The notes below the pieces were generated by a model. That model saw nothing but the letters and a program-made list of their open reading frames with translations. It was not told the origin of the DNA and searched no databases. The translations under genes and the position numbers were made by a program. Below are positions 24,910 to 37,202 of a stretch of DNA of 64,000 nt, one piece after another (position 1 is the first letter of the stretch; the number at the start of each line of letters is the position of its first letter). Where the stretch lies: assembly GCF_009834535.1 (NCBI RefSeq), contig NC_045697.1:32366001-32430000 (forward strand), in the 5' to 3' direction. This DNA comes from Camelus ferus. Lineage: Eukaryota.

Positions 24910-25472
24910 TTTTTTTTTTTACTGAAGTACAGTCAGTTACAATGTGTCAATTTCTGGTGTAGAGCACAGTGTCCCCGTCATGCACATACACACATATATT
25001 CATTTTCATATTCTTTTTCATTAAAGGTTATCATAAGATATTAGACATAGTTACATGTGCTACACAGAAAAAACTTTTTTAAAAATCTGTTTTTATATAT
25101 AGTGACTAATATTTGTAAATCTCAAACTCCCGTATTTATCCCTTCCCACCCCCTTTCCCCAGTAACCATAAGATTGTTAACTATGTATGAGAATCTGTTT
25201 CTGTTTTGTAGATGAGTTCATAGTGTCCCTTTTTATTTTTTTCTTTTCATTTTTTTTAGATTCCACATATGAGTGATATATGGTATTTTTATTTCTGGTT
25301 TACTTCACTTAGAATGACAATCTCTAGGTTCATCCACGTTGCTGCAAATGGCATTATTTTATTCTCCATTGTATAAATATACCACAGCTTCTTTATCCAG
25401 TCATCTGTTGATGGACATTTAGGTTGCTTCCATGTCTTGGCTATTGTATATGGTGCTGCTTTGAGCATTGGG
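24910..25472 (-). mobile_element. Lineage-specific LINE-1 3' end, 5'-truncated, with 14-bp TSD
   Basis: T13 tail, 3'UTR and ORF2 end ([28 protein letters not shown]); TSD TGCACCAT[G/T]TACTT at 24896-24909 and 25473-25486. Confidence 0.92.
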
Positions 25473-25499
25473 TGCACCATTTACTTCTATCTCTGCATT

Positions 25500-25800
25500 G
25501 CTTTCAAATCATCTTCTTAAAACACACTGTCTTCCTTAAAGCCTTTGGTGCTTCCGCATTACCCATGGAATGAAGGCTAAACTCTTAGCAGAATAGTCAT
25601 CACCCTCAGAATTGGGCATTAATTTGCCTACTCATCTTTACACATGTTATAAGCCACACTGAACTAGTACAAAGTTGGAATCATCTTCAATGCTTTTATC
25701 AGATTAAAATATGCCTATTTCTGTTAAGCTGTGTTACATCCTCTGACATACTCAAAACTATTCAAGCTCTTCATTTCCTAGAATATCATTCATTTTCCTA
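25500..25800 (+). mobile_element. L2 fragment
   Basis: 'cttaaagcctttggtgcttccgcattaccc...gctaaactcttagca...agccacactgaacta'. Confidence 0.5.
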
Positions 25801-25987
25801 TCCATGGCTACTAGAACCTGTTATTTATTTAGGACGCAACACAGGCCAATACATTATTTTGACAGAAAGCGGTTTCATGCTGTAAAGAGAAGTGAGGAGG
25901 CTTCCATGTTGAGTAACAAGGAAGTTGAATTGCTAGAATCAAGTAAGAGGAGGGGAATAAAAGCAAAATGGAGTAGTCAAAAAGGAT

Positions 25988-26190
25988 AATATTAGTAAAT
26001 CCTTGTGTAGCACTTACTATATGCCTGGTACTATCTACATACTTTGCGTGTGTTCACATTTAATACTCACAACTCTATTTCCCTGTTTTTATGATGAGGA
26101 AACTGAGGCAGAAAGAAAGTAAATGACTTACCTCAGGTCACACAGATATGGGGTAGGTAAGCTGGAATCTGAACCCAGGAAGGCTGGTTA
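25988..26190 (-). mobile_element. MIR SINE
   Basis: 'agcacttactatatgcctgg...gatgaggaaactgaggcagaaag...tgacttacctcaggtcacacag...ctgaacccagg'. Confidence 0.85.
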
Positions 26191-27189
26191 CAGTGGTACA
26201 GTTGATACCCAAGCTACGGTGAGAGAAGCCTCTATTCCAGTTTCTAGTTCCAGTTCTCATGAGACCCAGATATACTTTGTTTCTTGTCTTTGGATTTTTG
26301 TGAGGGTTGAGGGTCTATGGTAGATGATACAGCCTTTTTTAGTTGAGCTAATTTAAATATTTTTCAATGTGTTTCGTCCAAAATAGCTTTAGTGAAACTT
26401 GCCAATTTCCTTTTTAAAGAAAGTTCTGATGTGATCTCTTATTGCAACACCTTTTCCTCCATTTTTGTCTGTTGAGATTGCACTAATACTTCCCAGTCTA
26501 ACTCGAGTGCTGCTTATTTGTGGCTTTTCTGAATTCCAGCCCCCAGTTAGCATGGCTTTTTCTTCCTCTTTTGTTTTTCTTAGTTCACATCTTATTCTAT
26601 TTAAGGATGTGAGACATTTTACTTGTGATGTTTTAAGTTCTATACCTATTTTCCACATCAGTTTGACCCATATGAAATTGTCAACCCTCAAGTATTTTAA
26701 ATTTACTATAATGGCAGCTTCATGCTATTCAGTTTAATATGTTGGAAAAACAACTGACTGGCAGGTGGGTATCTTAGTGACCTTTGTATCCTGAATATCT
26801 ATAGATGGTGAGGTCTCAGTAAATTTTAAGGGAATTAGGTGCTTCTTGAGTATTACAGAATTTTAGTAATTTGACAGAATTTTCCCCAAATATTTTCCTG
26901 GGGATAATAAAATGTTTAAAAGAATAAATATCATCGTCTCCTATATTTGTGTCCTTTTCCAAAAAACCCTAAAAATAGTTACCCAGTGTTCTTGTGTATG
27001 GATAACCACAATTGGAGACTAATTTCACTGTAAAAAAATAAAATAAGCTCACATTTACTAAAAGTACATTCAATAGGATTTTTGAGTTGTTATTTTCTAG
27101 TCATATCCAGTCAGATGGGTCAGAATATTATGAATAAACAACCTCTCCATCCCCAGAGTCTGTGGGATAGTAAGGGACCACATGTAGAT

Positions 27190-27700
27190 GCAGTTCTTTG
27201 GAAGGTCAGAAGAATGGATCTATACCAGGCAGTTATCATGGGAAATTTCACCGAGAAGTGGCTGAGTAGGACTTAGAACAGGAAGGAATATGGGATGTTG
27301 CAGAGTGAACACAGAGTTAGAGAAAGCCTGGGTGCCCTGCGTGTGGACCATGCAGGTGGAGTACATGGGATGCACAGTGAGTTGGGGGAAGTGACAGAAG
27401 GAGTTTGTGAACATTCAAGTAGGATATTAATATTGCCAGATTTGTGCTTCTAAAGGTTAACAAAAAATCAGGAATTACAAGAGAACATAGAAACTGCTGA
27501 CTTAAATGAAGAAACCACTCTGGCTGTGCTGCAAAGGCTGATGGAAAAAAACACTGAGGGGACCAGGTGGGAGATGACTGCTGTGATCTGAGCAAGGATG
27601 ACAAGGACCTTGAGTAAGGATGTTGCCAGTTAAAATCAGTAGGACAGTGGATTCAACTCATATAGGAACACAAAATTAATTAACAGGAATTGGGAATCAG
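27190..27700 (-). mobile_element. L2 fragment
   Basis: Degenerate antisense L2 ('ggaaggtcagaaga', 'gaccaggtgggagatgactgctgtgatctgagcaagg'). Confidence 0.5.
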
Positions 27701-28669
27701 TCAGAGGCTGGGGGTAATCCCATTTGTGTTTCCTGTCAATTGTATCTTAAGTAAATTATTTAGAAGAGGCCTGGATCATTTTGAGCTCAACTTAATTGTG
27801 AATGATGCTTGCAACAAAGTCCTTTGTGAATTGAATACTTTATTCAAAATATATACACATAGCCGAGAATAAATTGTAGCTTCTCCAGAGGTACTCTTTT
27901 GAATGAAGTTCCATATAAATTAAACATTTCATCATGATGAGCAAAACACACTTCAAATTAAAACATGCAATAATATTCATTAAACAGAAGAAAGTTGTAA
28001 ATTGACGTTGGCAAACATCTTCACCTTCATTTATTTTTATGAAACTGCATTATTAATGTTCCTTCTAAAAATAAAAGATTAAATAGCATTTTGTCATTAA
28101 AAAAATGTGTGCCTGGGCTCCTGTTGCCAGAGAAAGTGATTTTATCATTGTTATGAGGTACAAGCTGAGAATGATGAGAGAGGTTTGTTTTGTCAGCCTC
28201 ATGTGCTTTTTTTGGTACCAGTATTATGAGATAATAAGAGAAAGGTGTTTTAAAATATTTTTATATTTTTGCCCTTTCATTTAGTTCAGGTAGGACAGAT
28301 TTAAAGAGGTTAAAAACTTAATTTCTTTACAGGTGTTAAAGAATAATTAAAAAAATATTTACTGCAGTGTTATGCAAAAAGTTTCCAATCATGAAATGTG
28401 TATTATAAATCATTGGGGGAAAGGAAGTACTTTTTTTAAAGAATAGAATCATACAATCATAAATCTCATACAAATGAAAGGCACACTGATGTCAAGTTCA
28501 TTAGAGAGTAAGTTCAGAGGAAAATTTAAAGAATACACACATATGTAGGCAATCAAGAATGTTGAATGTGTTTACAAATAGATGCAAAACTGGTCCATAT
28601 ATATAGGGAAATAATCAATTGCAACCACTGGGCAAATTCACTTGTATGACTATCAGCTTTCTATATCTT

Positions 28670-29007
28670 TTTAAATTTTATTTATTGAAGTATAGTTGAT
28701 TTACAGTGTTAGCTTCAGGTGTACAGCAAAGTGATTTATTTATACATATATGTACATATATATTCTTTCTCATGTTATTTTTCATTATTGGTTATAACAA
28801 GACATTGAATATAGTTCCCTGTGCTGTAGAGTAGTAGGTCCTTGTTAGTTATCTATTTTATATATAGTAACGTATATCTGTAAATCCCAAACTCCTAATT
28901 TATCCCTCCCCCACTTCCCCTTTGGTGACCATAGTTTGTTTTTAACATCCTTGAGTCTATTTCTGGTTTGTAAGTAAAATTTGAATTTGAATTAGATTCC
29001 ACATGTA
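28670..29007 (-). mobile_element. Cetartiodactyl-type LINE-1 3'UTR insertion with 15-bp TSD
   Basis: 'ttattgaagtatagttgatttacagtgtt...ggtgtacagcaaagtgatt...tagattccacatgtaag'; perfect TSD AGCTTTCTATATCTT at 28655-28669 and 29008-29022; minus-strand site TT/AAGA. Confidence 0.93.
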
Positions 29008-29269
29008 AGCTTTCTATATCTTAACAGTTTAAAAATAGCTCAAAGATAAGAGGCACACGTGTCACTCATTTTAGTCTTTTATAGTTTTTCTTGACATAGT
29101 AAAAGGTCATGATAGAAATGAAAATCTGAGAAACACATGGTCAAAGAGACGACCTCCTCACAACAGGTACCACAGCTTTCAACAAATCTTTCCTTGCTCA
29201 CAGGTCTGCAGTACATCTTAAGGCCAAGTCCAATTTTGAGTAGGAGAATAGACACTTATCACACTGTTC

Positions 29270-29620
29270 ATTTCATCAAAAGCTCTGTATTGAGAATTTA
29301 ATGAATGCCAGTTGCTGAGTGACTGCGTATTGGTACTGTAACAGTATAGAAATAATACCGTGCCTGCCTTCATGGAGCCTACATTCTAGAAGGGAATAAG
29401 GACAAGTAGCCAGGCAATCTTGTTATGTGATAAAAGCAGGGTGGTGGATCAGTGAAGTTTCTTAGAGTAAATTAATTCACACGAACATCTGAAAAATCAG
29501 TGGGAATTATGCTGGTCACTAAGATAAAGGAGGTAAGAAGCATTCCAGACAGAGGGGATATGTGGTGGACTGGCTGGGGTATGTGAGCACCAAGACTTTG
29601 AGAAGTTTACAGAACTTCAG
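29270..29620 (-). mobile_element. L2 3' region
   Basis: 'cctgccttcatggagcctacattctag' and 'gcattccagacagagggga'. Confidence 0.7.
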
Positions 29621-29729
29621 CACCCCACAGCTCACTTAGTGCCTCCCAGTCATGTTGCCAGTTTGGCACACGTGTACTACAAAGTCTAGGAGGAAATTTC
29701 AAGTGTCACTTGCCATTTTTCTGTGTCTG

Positions 29730-29970
29730 AATTTTTTTTAAACTTCCTTCCTTGTTCCTTTCTTATTTTTCCTTTTTGTGGTTTAATGATTTTCTTTTGC
29801 AGTATGCTTGAGTTCTTTTCTTTTTGTCTTTTTGTGACTCTATTGTGTATTTTTGATTTGAGGTTCAAGTATGTTAACCTATGACTATATTTACTTGGTT
29901 TAGACTGGTAATCAGTTAGGCTCAAATATATTCTAAAAAGAAAGAAAAACATCACCATTTTCTTTTAACT
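29730..29970 (-). mobile_element. Isolated internal LINE-1 fragment (region between ORF1 and ORF2)
   Basis: 'ggtttaatgattttcttttgcagtatgcttgagttc...caagtatgttaacctatgactatatttacttggtttagactggta...ggctcaaatatattct'. Confidence 0.6.
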
Positions 29971-30774
29971 TCCAAATTACAATGATTTCTACAATTTATC
30001 TTAATGGTGAAACAATTTAGGGAAATAATCCAAACATTTAGAATTTAGGACTAGCTAAATTTCAGTTTTTCCATATTGGCCTCTCCTTTTCATTAGTCTT
30101 TTCAGTTCTTCCCCAGGTCCCTCAGTCCCTCCACCCAATGGCCAATTAACTCCTCTTTTAAGTAGAGAGCGCTTCCTTTTTTTTCTGGGCAGAGACTATT
30201 TTTGCATCCCTCTGTGTTTTTACAAAAGTAGCGGTATAGGAGAGTTCATTTATTCACATAGCTCACAACGCAGTAAGAAAATAATCAGTTCAGGTTAATG
30301 TTGCAATGGAGTAAATGTAGAGGCTGAAATTTTAACCATAGAAATAATATGAAATAATAAAACTCCACTTTTCACAGTGGAGAGCTAGGTACATCCGAAG
30401 TCACATACTGTATTTGTATGAAATCTCTCAGGCCATTTTTTTGTTTGTTTATTGCTTTGGGATTTTAAAACTATTTTGATACACTTGGTTATGTATTTAT
30501 TCAGATGATAGCAAATTAAAAATCAGAGATTATGAAAGTTAGGTAGATAGTAAATAGATTAGCAGGTAGGTTAAACTATGGGAAAGAGTGCGAAAAAAGA
30601 AACTATTACAGCATACTGCAGCAACTTATAGCTGCAATTATATCCTTAATCCAAGGAAAGAGTAATTATTTTCAGTATCTTCTATTTAAGGAAAACGTTT
30701 AATTTAAAAAAATATAAAATGTATTACATTGTTGATTAAAAAAGTAAGTACATAAAGAATTAAGCTTTTTTTTT

Positions 30775-30980
30775 TTTGCAGCAACATGGATGGACCTGGA
30801 GATTGTCATTCTAAGTGAAGTAAGCCACAAAGATGATATCACTTATATGTGGAATCTTAAAAAAAAATGACACAAATGAACTTCTGTACAAAACAAAAAC
30901 ACTCAGAGATAGGAAACAAACTTATGGTTGCCAGGAGGAAAGAGGATAGAAAGGGATAAATTGAAAATTCAAAATTTACA
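30775..30980 (+). mobile_element. Lineage-specific LINE-1 fragment (ORF2 end and partial 3'UTR)
   Basis: 'tttgcagcaacatggatggacctggagattgtcattctaagtgaagtaagcca...acttatatgtggaatct'; same family as 24910-25472 but in the opposite orientation. Confidence 0.9.
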
Positions 30981-30984
30981 CCTC

Positions 30985-31120
30985 TAGGGTAGTGATGGAA
31001 ATGTTTGCTATCTTGCTTGTGGTCATGGTTTCACTGTGAAAATGTATCAAGTTATTCATCTGAAATATGTGTAGTTTACTGTACAGGAATCACACCATAA
31101 TAAAAGTGTTAAAAAAAAAA
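30985..31120 (+). mobile_element. Old L1M (L1MC/MD-like) 3' terminus with AATAAA and A10
   Basis: 'gtgatggaaatgtttgctatcttgcttgtggtcatggtttcac...aaatatgtgtagtttactgta...aataaaagtgttaaaaaaaaaa'. Confidence 0.75.
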
Positions 31121-31819
31121 GAAGCCTTAGCTGTCTTGATAATTACATTGGTGATACCTCCTAATTCTCTAAAGGGGGCCAGTCATATGTGATTTACTAG
31201 GACTCTTGTTATTAATAGTGTAAAAAGGCTTAATATATTAGAGAGCAAAGTTAGACAGTTCTTTGGTAAAGGGATGAAGGATCCTGAGGAGAAACCAAGG
31301 ACACAGGACGATATTCATATTAAGAGAGTAAATAAGGAAGCCACTAGGAAGAAAAACGTAGCAATAGTAATTGGGGTTTCACCCACCCCTCACACAGATT
31401 TGGAAAGGGTTTGTTGCTCTCGTTTGAAGAAAATCCAAATAAACAGTCAGCAATGATCAAAGGGACTTGGCTCTTCTGGCAGGTAGCCCCTACAGCAGAT
31501 TGCTTTATAAGTGTGCAGGAGATTGCTTTGTGCTGAAAAAGTGGTGATGTCTTGGAGAGGGTGAGTGTGTTGGAGTTCCATGGTGATATGGTCCCCATGG
31601 GGAGAGCTGTAGGCGGTGAATGGCACTAGCCTACACTTTACGTGTTTGATCAATGTTATGTCATATTTTCTGTTAAATTTAAAATCTGTGTGAAAAATAT
31701 GAGTCTGGCATTTCAGATATTCCCAGGCGACCTAAGGAAATGGAATGTGGCCCCATTGCTCTCTGTCTGCTTTCAACCTCGCATTATTTTTCTTCATAAC
31801 TTCACATTCTGATAAGGGG

Positions 31820-32301
31820 AGGTAGGCAGAATAATGGCCCTCAGAGATGCCCACATCCTAATCTTCAGAACCTACGAACATGGTATCTTATATGGCAAAA
31901 AGATACTTTACAGATGTGATTAAGTTAAGGAGCTTGAGGTGGGCAGATTATTTTGTATTATCTGGGTAAACCCAGTCTAATCCCGTGGGGCCTTAAAAGC
32001 AGAGATAGCCTTTTCTCGCTGTAGTTGGAGGGAGATATGACTATGGAAAGATGATCCCAGGGGCGCAACGTTGTTTTCTATGGAGATGGACGAAGGAGCC
32101 CATGTGGGAATTTTCTAGAAACAGGAAAGACAAGAAAACTTACTCCAAGGGCTTCCAAAAAGGAATGTAGCTCTGCCAACACCTTGATCTTAGCCCAGTG
32201 AGGTCTGTGTTGAAATTTTAGCCTAAAGAACGATAGGATAATAAACTTGTGTTAAGTTTGTGATAATTTGTTATAGCAGCAATAGTGGACTCTAACATAC
32301 A
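31820..32301 (+). mobile_element. MLT1D-like solo LTR (ERVL-MaLR) nested in an L2 3' end
   Basis: 'ggtaggcagaataatggccc...cagatgtgattaagttaagg...gccaacaccttgatcttagcccagtgag...taatttgttatagcagcaatag'. Confidence 0.88.
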
Positions 32302-32465
32302 ATATATATTTTTCTCATTGTCTGCCACCCTACTCCCCATACATACACAATAAAGTATAAACCTCAAGAGGACATGAAACATCTATTTTTTTCAGTCCTC
32401 CCTCCCTGGGATATTTTGAAATGTAGCAGATGTGCTATAAATACTCACGGAATGAATGGGTGATT
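32302..32465 (+). mobile_element. L2 3' terminus
   Basis: 'gtataaacctcaagaggaca...atgtagcagatgtgctataaatactcacggaatgaatg'. Confidence 0.55.
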
Positions 32466-33098
32466 AAGTGTAAGAAAACTATTTGAATAGGATTTATGAA
32501 ATTTTTCTCCAATAAATGTGTTAAAATAACAATAACAGGTGATGCATTCTTAAAATTTTGAAGCACTTTTGTCTGCTACTTGAGCTTGAAAAAACCTTCT
32601 ACCATGTTTTACAAATGTGGAAATAGATTTTCACAAGCATTGAGAAAAGTACCCATATTTTTACTATTAACTCATCAAGACTAGCAACATTCTAACATTT
32701 TAAAAGCAATTTAAATGTGTAGAAACCATATAAATATCATATGACTTGATAAAGCTAAGAAACTGAGAGATTTCATGTAAGGAAGACAGCTCACATTTCA
32801 GAGGTGCTTCACAAAGTGGTATGATTTGAGGTCATTTCTGCAGTTCAGGGCTTTGGTTCTGGCCTTGCCTTTACAAATCTAGACAAGTGGTGCAGTTGCT
32901 ACATTTGGAAATGATCAGGTTCTCAAGGGACAACCCTCATTCATTCATTGTATAGTATTGCTGAGTGCTTTCTATGTGCCAGGTGTTGGTCTAGGTACTA
33001 AGGATACAGCAAAATACAAAGTAGACGAAAATTCCAGCCCTCATGATAACCCATTCTAGTGGGGGAGGTAGAAAATAAAATAATAAAACTATAAAGTA

Positions 33099-33523
33099 CA
33101 GGTGTCCTCCACTTTTTGAAAGTTTTCTTTACACCACTTTACTTTTAGAAAAAATCTACGCGTGCACCTGTTGTCACTAACGGAAAGAATTCCGAAGACG
33201 ATTTTCATTTTTCCAAAAACAGGTGAAAAGTGAAAATAGCCTCTGGCGTTTGTTTTGCATGGAGCTTTTATAGAGGCAGCACACACCTCAAACAGAGAGG
33301 GTGGCACTGCCAAGCTCCTTCCTGGGAACTACAGTCAGCATCTCAGCGTCAAGCTGCCATCGCTATGAACTGTGTCTGTGAGCATCTGTGATTTATCTCA
33401 GCTGATTTTGTGCATCTGTTAGCAAGATGTGTCCTAAGGAAATTGCTGCTTCACTTTCTGCCATTTCGGCTTAGGAAAGGCTTCATAGGAACGCTCCTAC
33501 TTTCAGACCGTGGGAGAAATCTG
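33099..33523. mobile_element. TcMar-Tigger-type non-autonomous DNA transposon, apparently complete (425 bp)
   Basis: TA|CAGGTGTCCTCCAC ... GTGGGAGAAATCTG|TA: imperfect terminal inverted repeats and a TA target duplication. Confidence 0.85.
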
Positions 33524-33650
33524 TATGTTACATGATGATTAGATTGGTGGAGGAAAGTATGACAGGACAAGTTAAATAGGGAGCATTTGTTTCTTTCATA
33601 AGGAGGATGTCTAGGGAATCTTCAATGGGCAGGTGAAATTAAACAAGGCT

Positions 33651-33802
33651 TAAGGAGGGTTATCATTTGGACGAAGCAAGAGGGTGAGCTATGAAACTCT
33701 GGGGGAAAATTATTCCAGGCAATGGATAAGGAGGGTTACCATTTGGACGAAGCAAGAGGGTGAGCTATGAAACTCTGGGGGAAAATTATTCCAGGCAATG
33801 GA
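33651..33802. repeat. Tandem duplication, 2 x 76 bp, one mismatch
   Basis: 33651-33726 and 33727-33802 differ only at 33663 (T) versus 33739 (C). Confidence 0.97.
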
Positions 33803-34802
33803 AACAGTAAATGAAAAGCCTTGAGACAGGGCGAACCTGGTGTATTTGAGGACTTGCACGACGATTTCATATTTATGGTACTTTAATTAATTTTAATGGA
33901 AAAATTTGAACTTTATTGAAGACCTCTAAACCAGACAGTGTAGCATGACCAGAAGAAGTACTTTCCAATTTAGTATGTCCAAATGTTTCAGTTTTTCAGT
34001 TGGATCTGGGACTATTGTTTACTTACTGAGTTTTCAACTGACAGGTCAGACTTCTCCACATTTGTTGGTATTCTGGGATGCTCGGACCAAAAGTAGTATT
34101 AAGTGATCTATCAACAGAAAGGCCATTTTTTGTCATCTTCTTAGGATTACTTCATCCTCAGTGATGAGGAGACCTCTAAGAGAATGGCCTGAATATTCTA
34201 GATACACCTATGACCCTTTGAGGTCTGTCATGTGAGATCTGAAGGAAGTGAAATCATCCTTGTTCCAGGTCTTCATTTTGGGAGATAATGATCCAAGTCA
34301 AATGAGTATTCTGTGAGTCAAGTGTACGTGCCATCATTTTCTTATTTATATATCTGAATCATTCAATTCTATCACAAAAAGCAATGTTTCATTTGGACAC
34401 AAAATGAAATGAAGTAAAAGAAAAAAATTCCAGGGTATTCCACAATAATCAATTCTTCCTTCTCATGAAGGTGAGGTCTTCTTCTCAATAAGGTTCTGGC
34501 TCTGAAATTTTGACTTTGCTGGTGTGTGTGGAGTGGCCAAACATCAATACAGGGGTGCATCACTGGGGTTAGGGAGGACATATTTTGAATTATTGAGTAA
34601 TTAAGTAAAATGATACTGTGTATCTTGTAATGATGGTTATAACTGTCCAGTGACCATATCTATCACCTTTGCCTGGAAGATTGGCTTACTAATGGAAAGG
34701 TTCCTTAGGCATGGAATCAAATCAAGATCAGATAGCATGTCAAGAGAAATATTTCATCCTGGACAAATGTACTTTCTGTGTCCCAAGTATGTATCCTGTG
34801 CA

Positions 34803-34935
34803 CTCATTCATTCATTTTCATTTGATGACTATTTTCTGAGCATCAACACCAGGCACTCTTTTCTGAGCTAAGGAGATGACAATGAAGAAAGCAGTTAGAA
34901 GTCTGTATCTTCATGAAGCTTACACTCCAGTAGGT
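34803..34935 (-). mobile_element. L2 3' terminus
   Basis: 'ctcattcattcatt...ctgagcatcaacaccaggcact...cttcatgaagcttacactccagt'. Confidence 0.7.
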
Positions 34936-37123
34936 CTTGGTTGTTTAAATAAATGCTTTCATTTCAGGTTATTAGTTGGATTCTCCAGTGTCTCTGTGAC
35001 TTGGGCAGTGCTGAATAGATAAATACATTTCTGCTTGGTCCCCTCTTTTAGAGTTGTTATGAAGACAATTGATCGTATTTTAACTTAGCCAAATCTTTTA
35101 CAATCCATTTATTTCTGTTAGGCTTTAGCTGTTTACACACATACGTGTCCATGCTTATGTGCTCCTACACTTTCTCAATTACTCATGAATTGATAGCTTT
35201 TTTAGGATGCATTATTTCTGAAGAGGTCCGCTCTTATCTGCTATGGTGAAAATATCCTTTTAAAACTGAAAACGGAATTTTGTAGGCATTGTAAAACTTC
35301 AGAATAGAGAGTGTATAAGATAGAAAATGAAATCTGCTTCCCCATCCCCTTATTTCTCTCACCTGGTTCTCTGGCTAATTTCTCTCCTTAGAAATGGGAA
35401 CTGTCTTTGCATATTCCTCCTCCAAACACACCTCTTTTTTCCCCAGAACAAAAATCCTACAATACATTTTTCAAAACACATTCCCTAACAGTTTAACCAT
35501 TGCTTGACTCTTTTTGGAGTATAGGAATATTCTCATTTATTAAATATACGTTTATGTCTATATTCACATGTTAACACCTTTTTCTATTCCATTATAAAGA
35601 TGAAAGAAGGAAGAAATAATTCTCAATACAAAAACTTTATAGTTCTCTGGTAACAATTTTATGTGATTTTTAAATATGTATATCTTCTCTAGATCAGATT
35701 ATTTTAACTAATTTTCCGTGCCTTGAGTTTTATTTTTATTTTATGTAATTTGTTAAAGTAGACTTTTAAAATTTTTAGTTACTTGATGTTATTAACTTTA
35801 CATGAGCTGTATATAGTTACCAAATTGGTTCAGTAGGTTTCAGAATTGCAAATAGCTGTCCGATATTATGAGCTAAATGAAGCTTATGCAGACTCTCAAA
35901 TAAAGGTCTTAGAAATGTAAGCAGTGAGAACTATTCGGCCATGGCACAGATGTTCTGATCATTACAGGAATCGTGTCTTTAATTAAATTTGTTCTCTAGT
36001 GCCAGTTCAAAAACTTTGTTTTTCACACAAAACCCCAATTATACAGGCAAAAGATGTTCATGCTTCAATGAGTTGAAAGTCAAGAAGAAAAATGTTACAG
36101 AATTAATGCAAGCTTTTTATTCAAACATTGTTGTTACTGTGCTATAATAGAGAAACATTCTGTTATTGCCAGTATTGAAGTGTACGGATGACCACAATAA
36201 ATGGGGGAAGGAGTTAAAATTCTTTATTCTAAAATTAGGTAATTTAAGGGTATCGAACACGTTTTTTACTAGAAGATAAAAATATCTCTAGAAAGTCAGT
36301 TTATTTGGAGACAATAAAATACCATTCAAACCAAATGGAAATTAAAATTTACACCAAGTTTTGAATATACTAACATTTTGTATTTTTTCCATCTATTTAT
36401 CAAGATCGGCTTATACAGCATGCTATTTTACCATTTGAATTTGTGTTTTAGATAACAGAAATTCTCCTCACATTTGCATCACTTACACTTTTCATTCAGA
36501 TACCCTAAGGCTTTTAGAGAAGATCAAATAAATTGAAAAGCAAGTAACATTTGTATGCTTTGATCCAGAATTAATACTATGAAAGGCAGAGTAGACAGAA
36601 AAATTCTATTTATTTAATGTAATGTGAACAAAAAGGCTGAAGACATTGTCCCTAAAGCAGTTATCAGTGATGTCCATCAAACTTACACAATACAGCTCTG
36701 TATACAGTTGTCCCAAAGCATATGAATGGACATTTAAAAATTATAAATATTAAACTCAAATTATTCCTTGGACCATTTACTAAAGAATTAGAAATGCTGA
36801 TTGCAGTAGTGAATTTTATTAAATAATATTACAATTCTATAAAATCTTGGGCCTTTTCATTTACATGGTTTTATGTAAGGAATTTTCCAGAAAAGTAAAA
36901 ATAAAAATTAAAGAAAAAAGATATAAATACTTTGCAAAAAGCAGAATATTTCACTGTTTTTAAAAAATTCCTTGACACAGAAATAATTATTCAGTTACGT
37001 TTGTAAATCCAGTTCTGTTAGGTTAATACTTTGCCATTTTTATTCTTTTGAGGATTTTAGAATGGTTGAAATTTTATAACTTCTTTGAGCCAATGTACTG
37101 AGGTTTCTTTGTGCTCCAGTTCA

Positions 37124-37202
37124 TGTGTGTGTGTGTGTGTATAAATATATACAAACACAATATACTTTTATATATTATAAACACACTATATGTGAGAGAG
37201 AG
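37124..37202. repeat. (TG)n followed by TA/GA low-complexity microsatellite
   Basis: Read directly from the sequence. Confidence 0.75.

Larger units (their letters stand above)
32936..33860 (-). mobile_element. L2 3' region, split by a Tigger insertion
   Basis: 'tcattcattcatt...gagtgctttctatgtgccaggtgttggtctaggtactaaggatacagca'; resumes after 33525 with 'attccaggcaatggaaacagtaaatgaaaagccttgag'. Confidence 0.8.

Noticed and set aside
29368..29392. Similarity to miR-28/151/708-type sequences
   Set aside because: Those miRNAs derive from L2; this is a single L2 copy with no inverted partner to form a hairpin.
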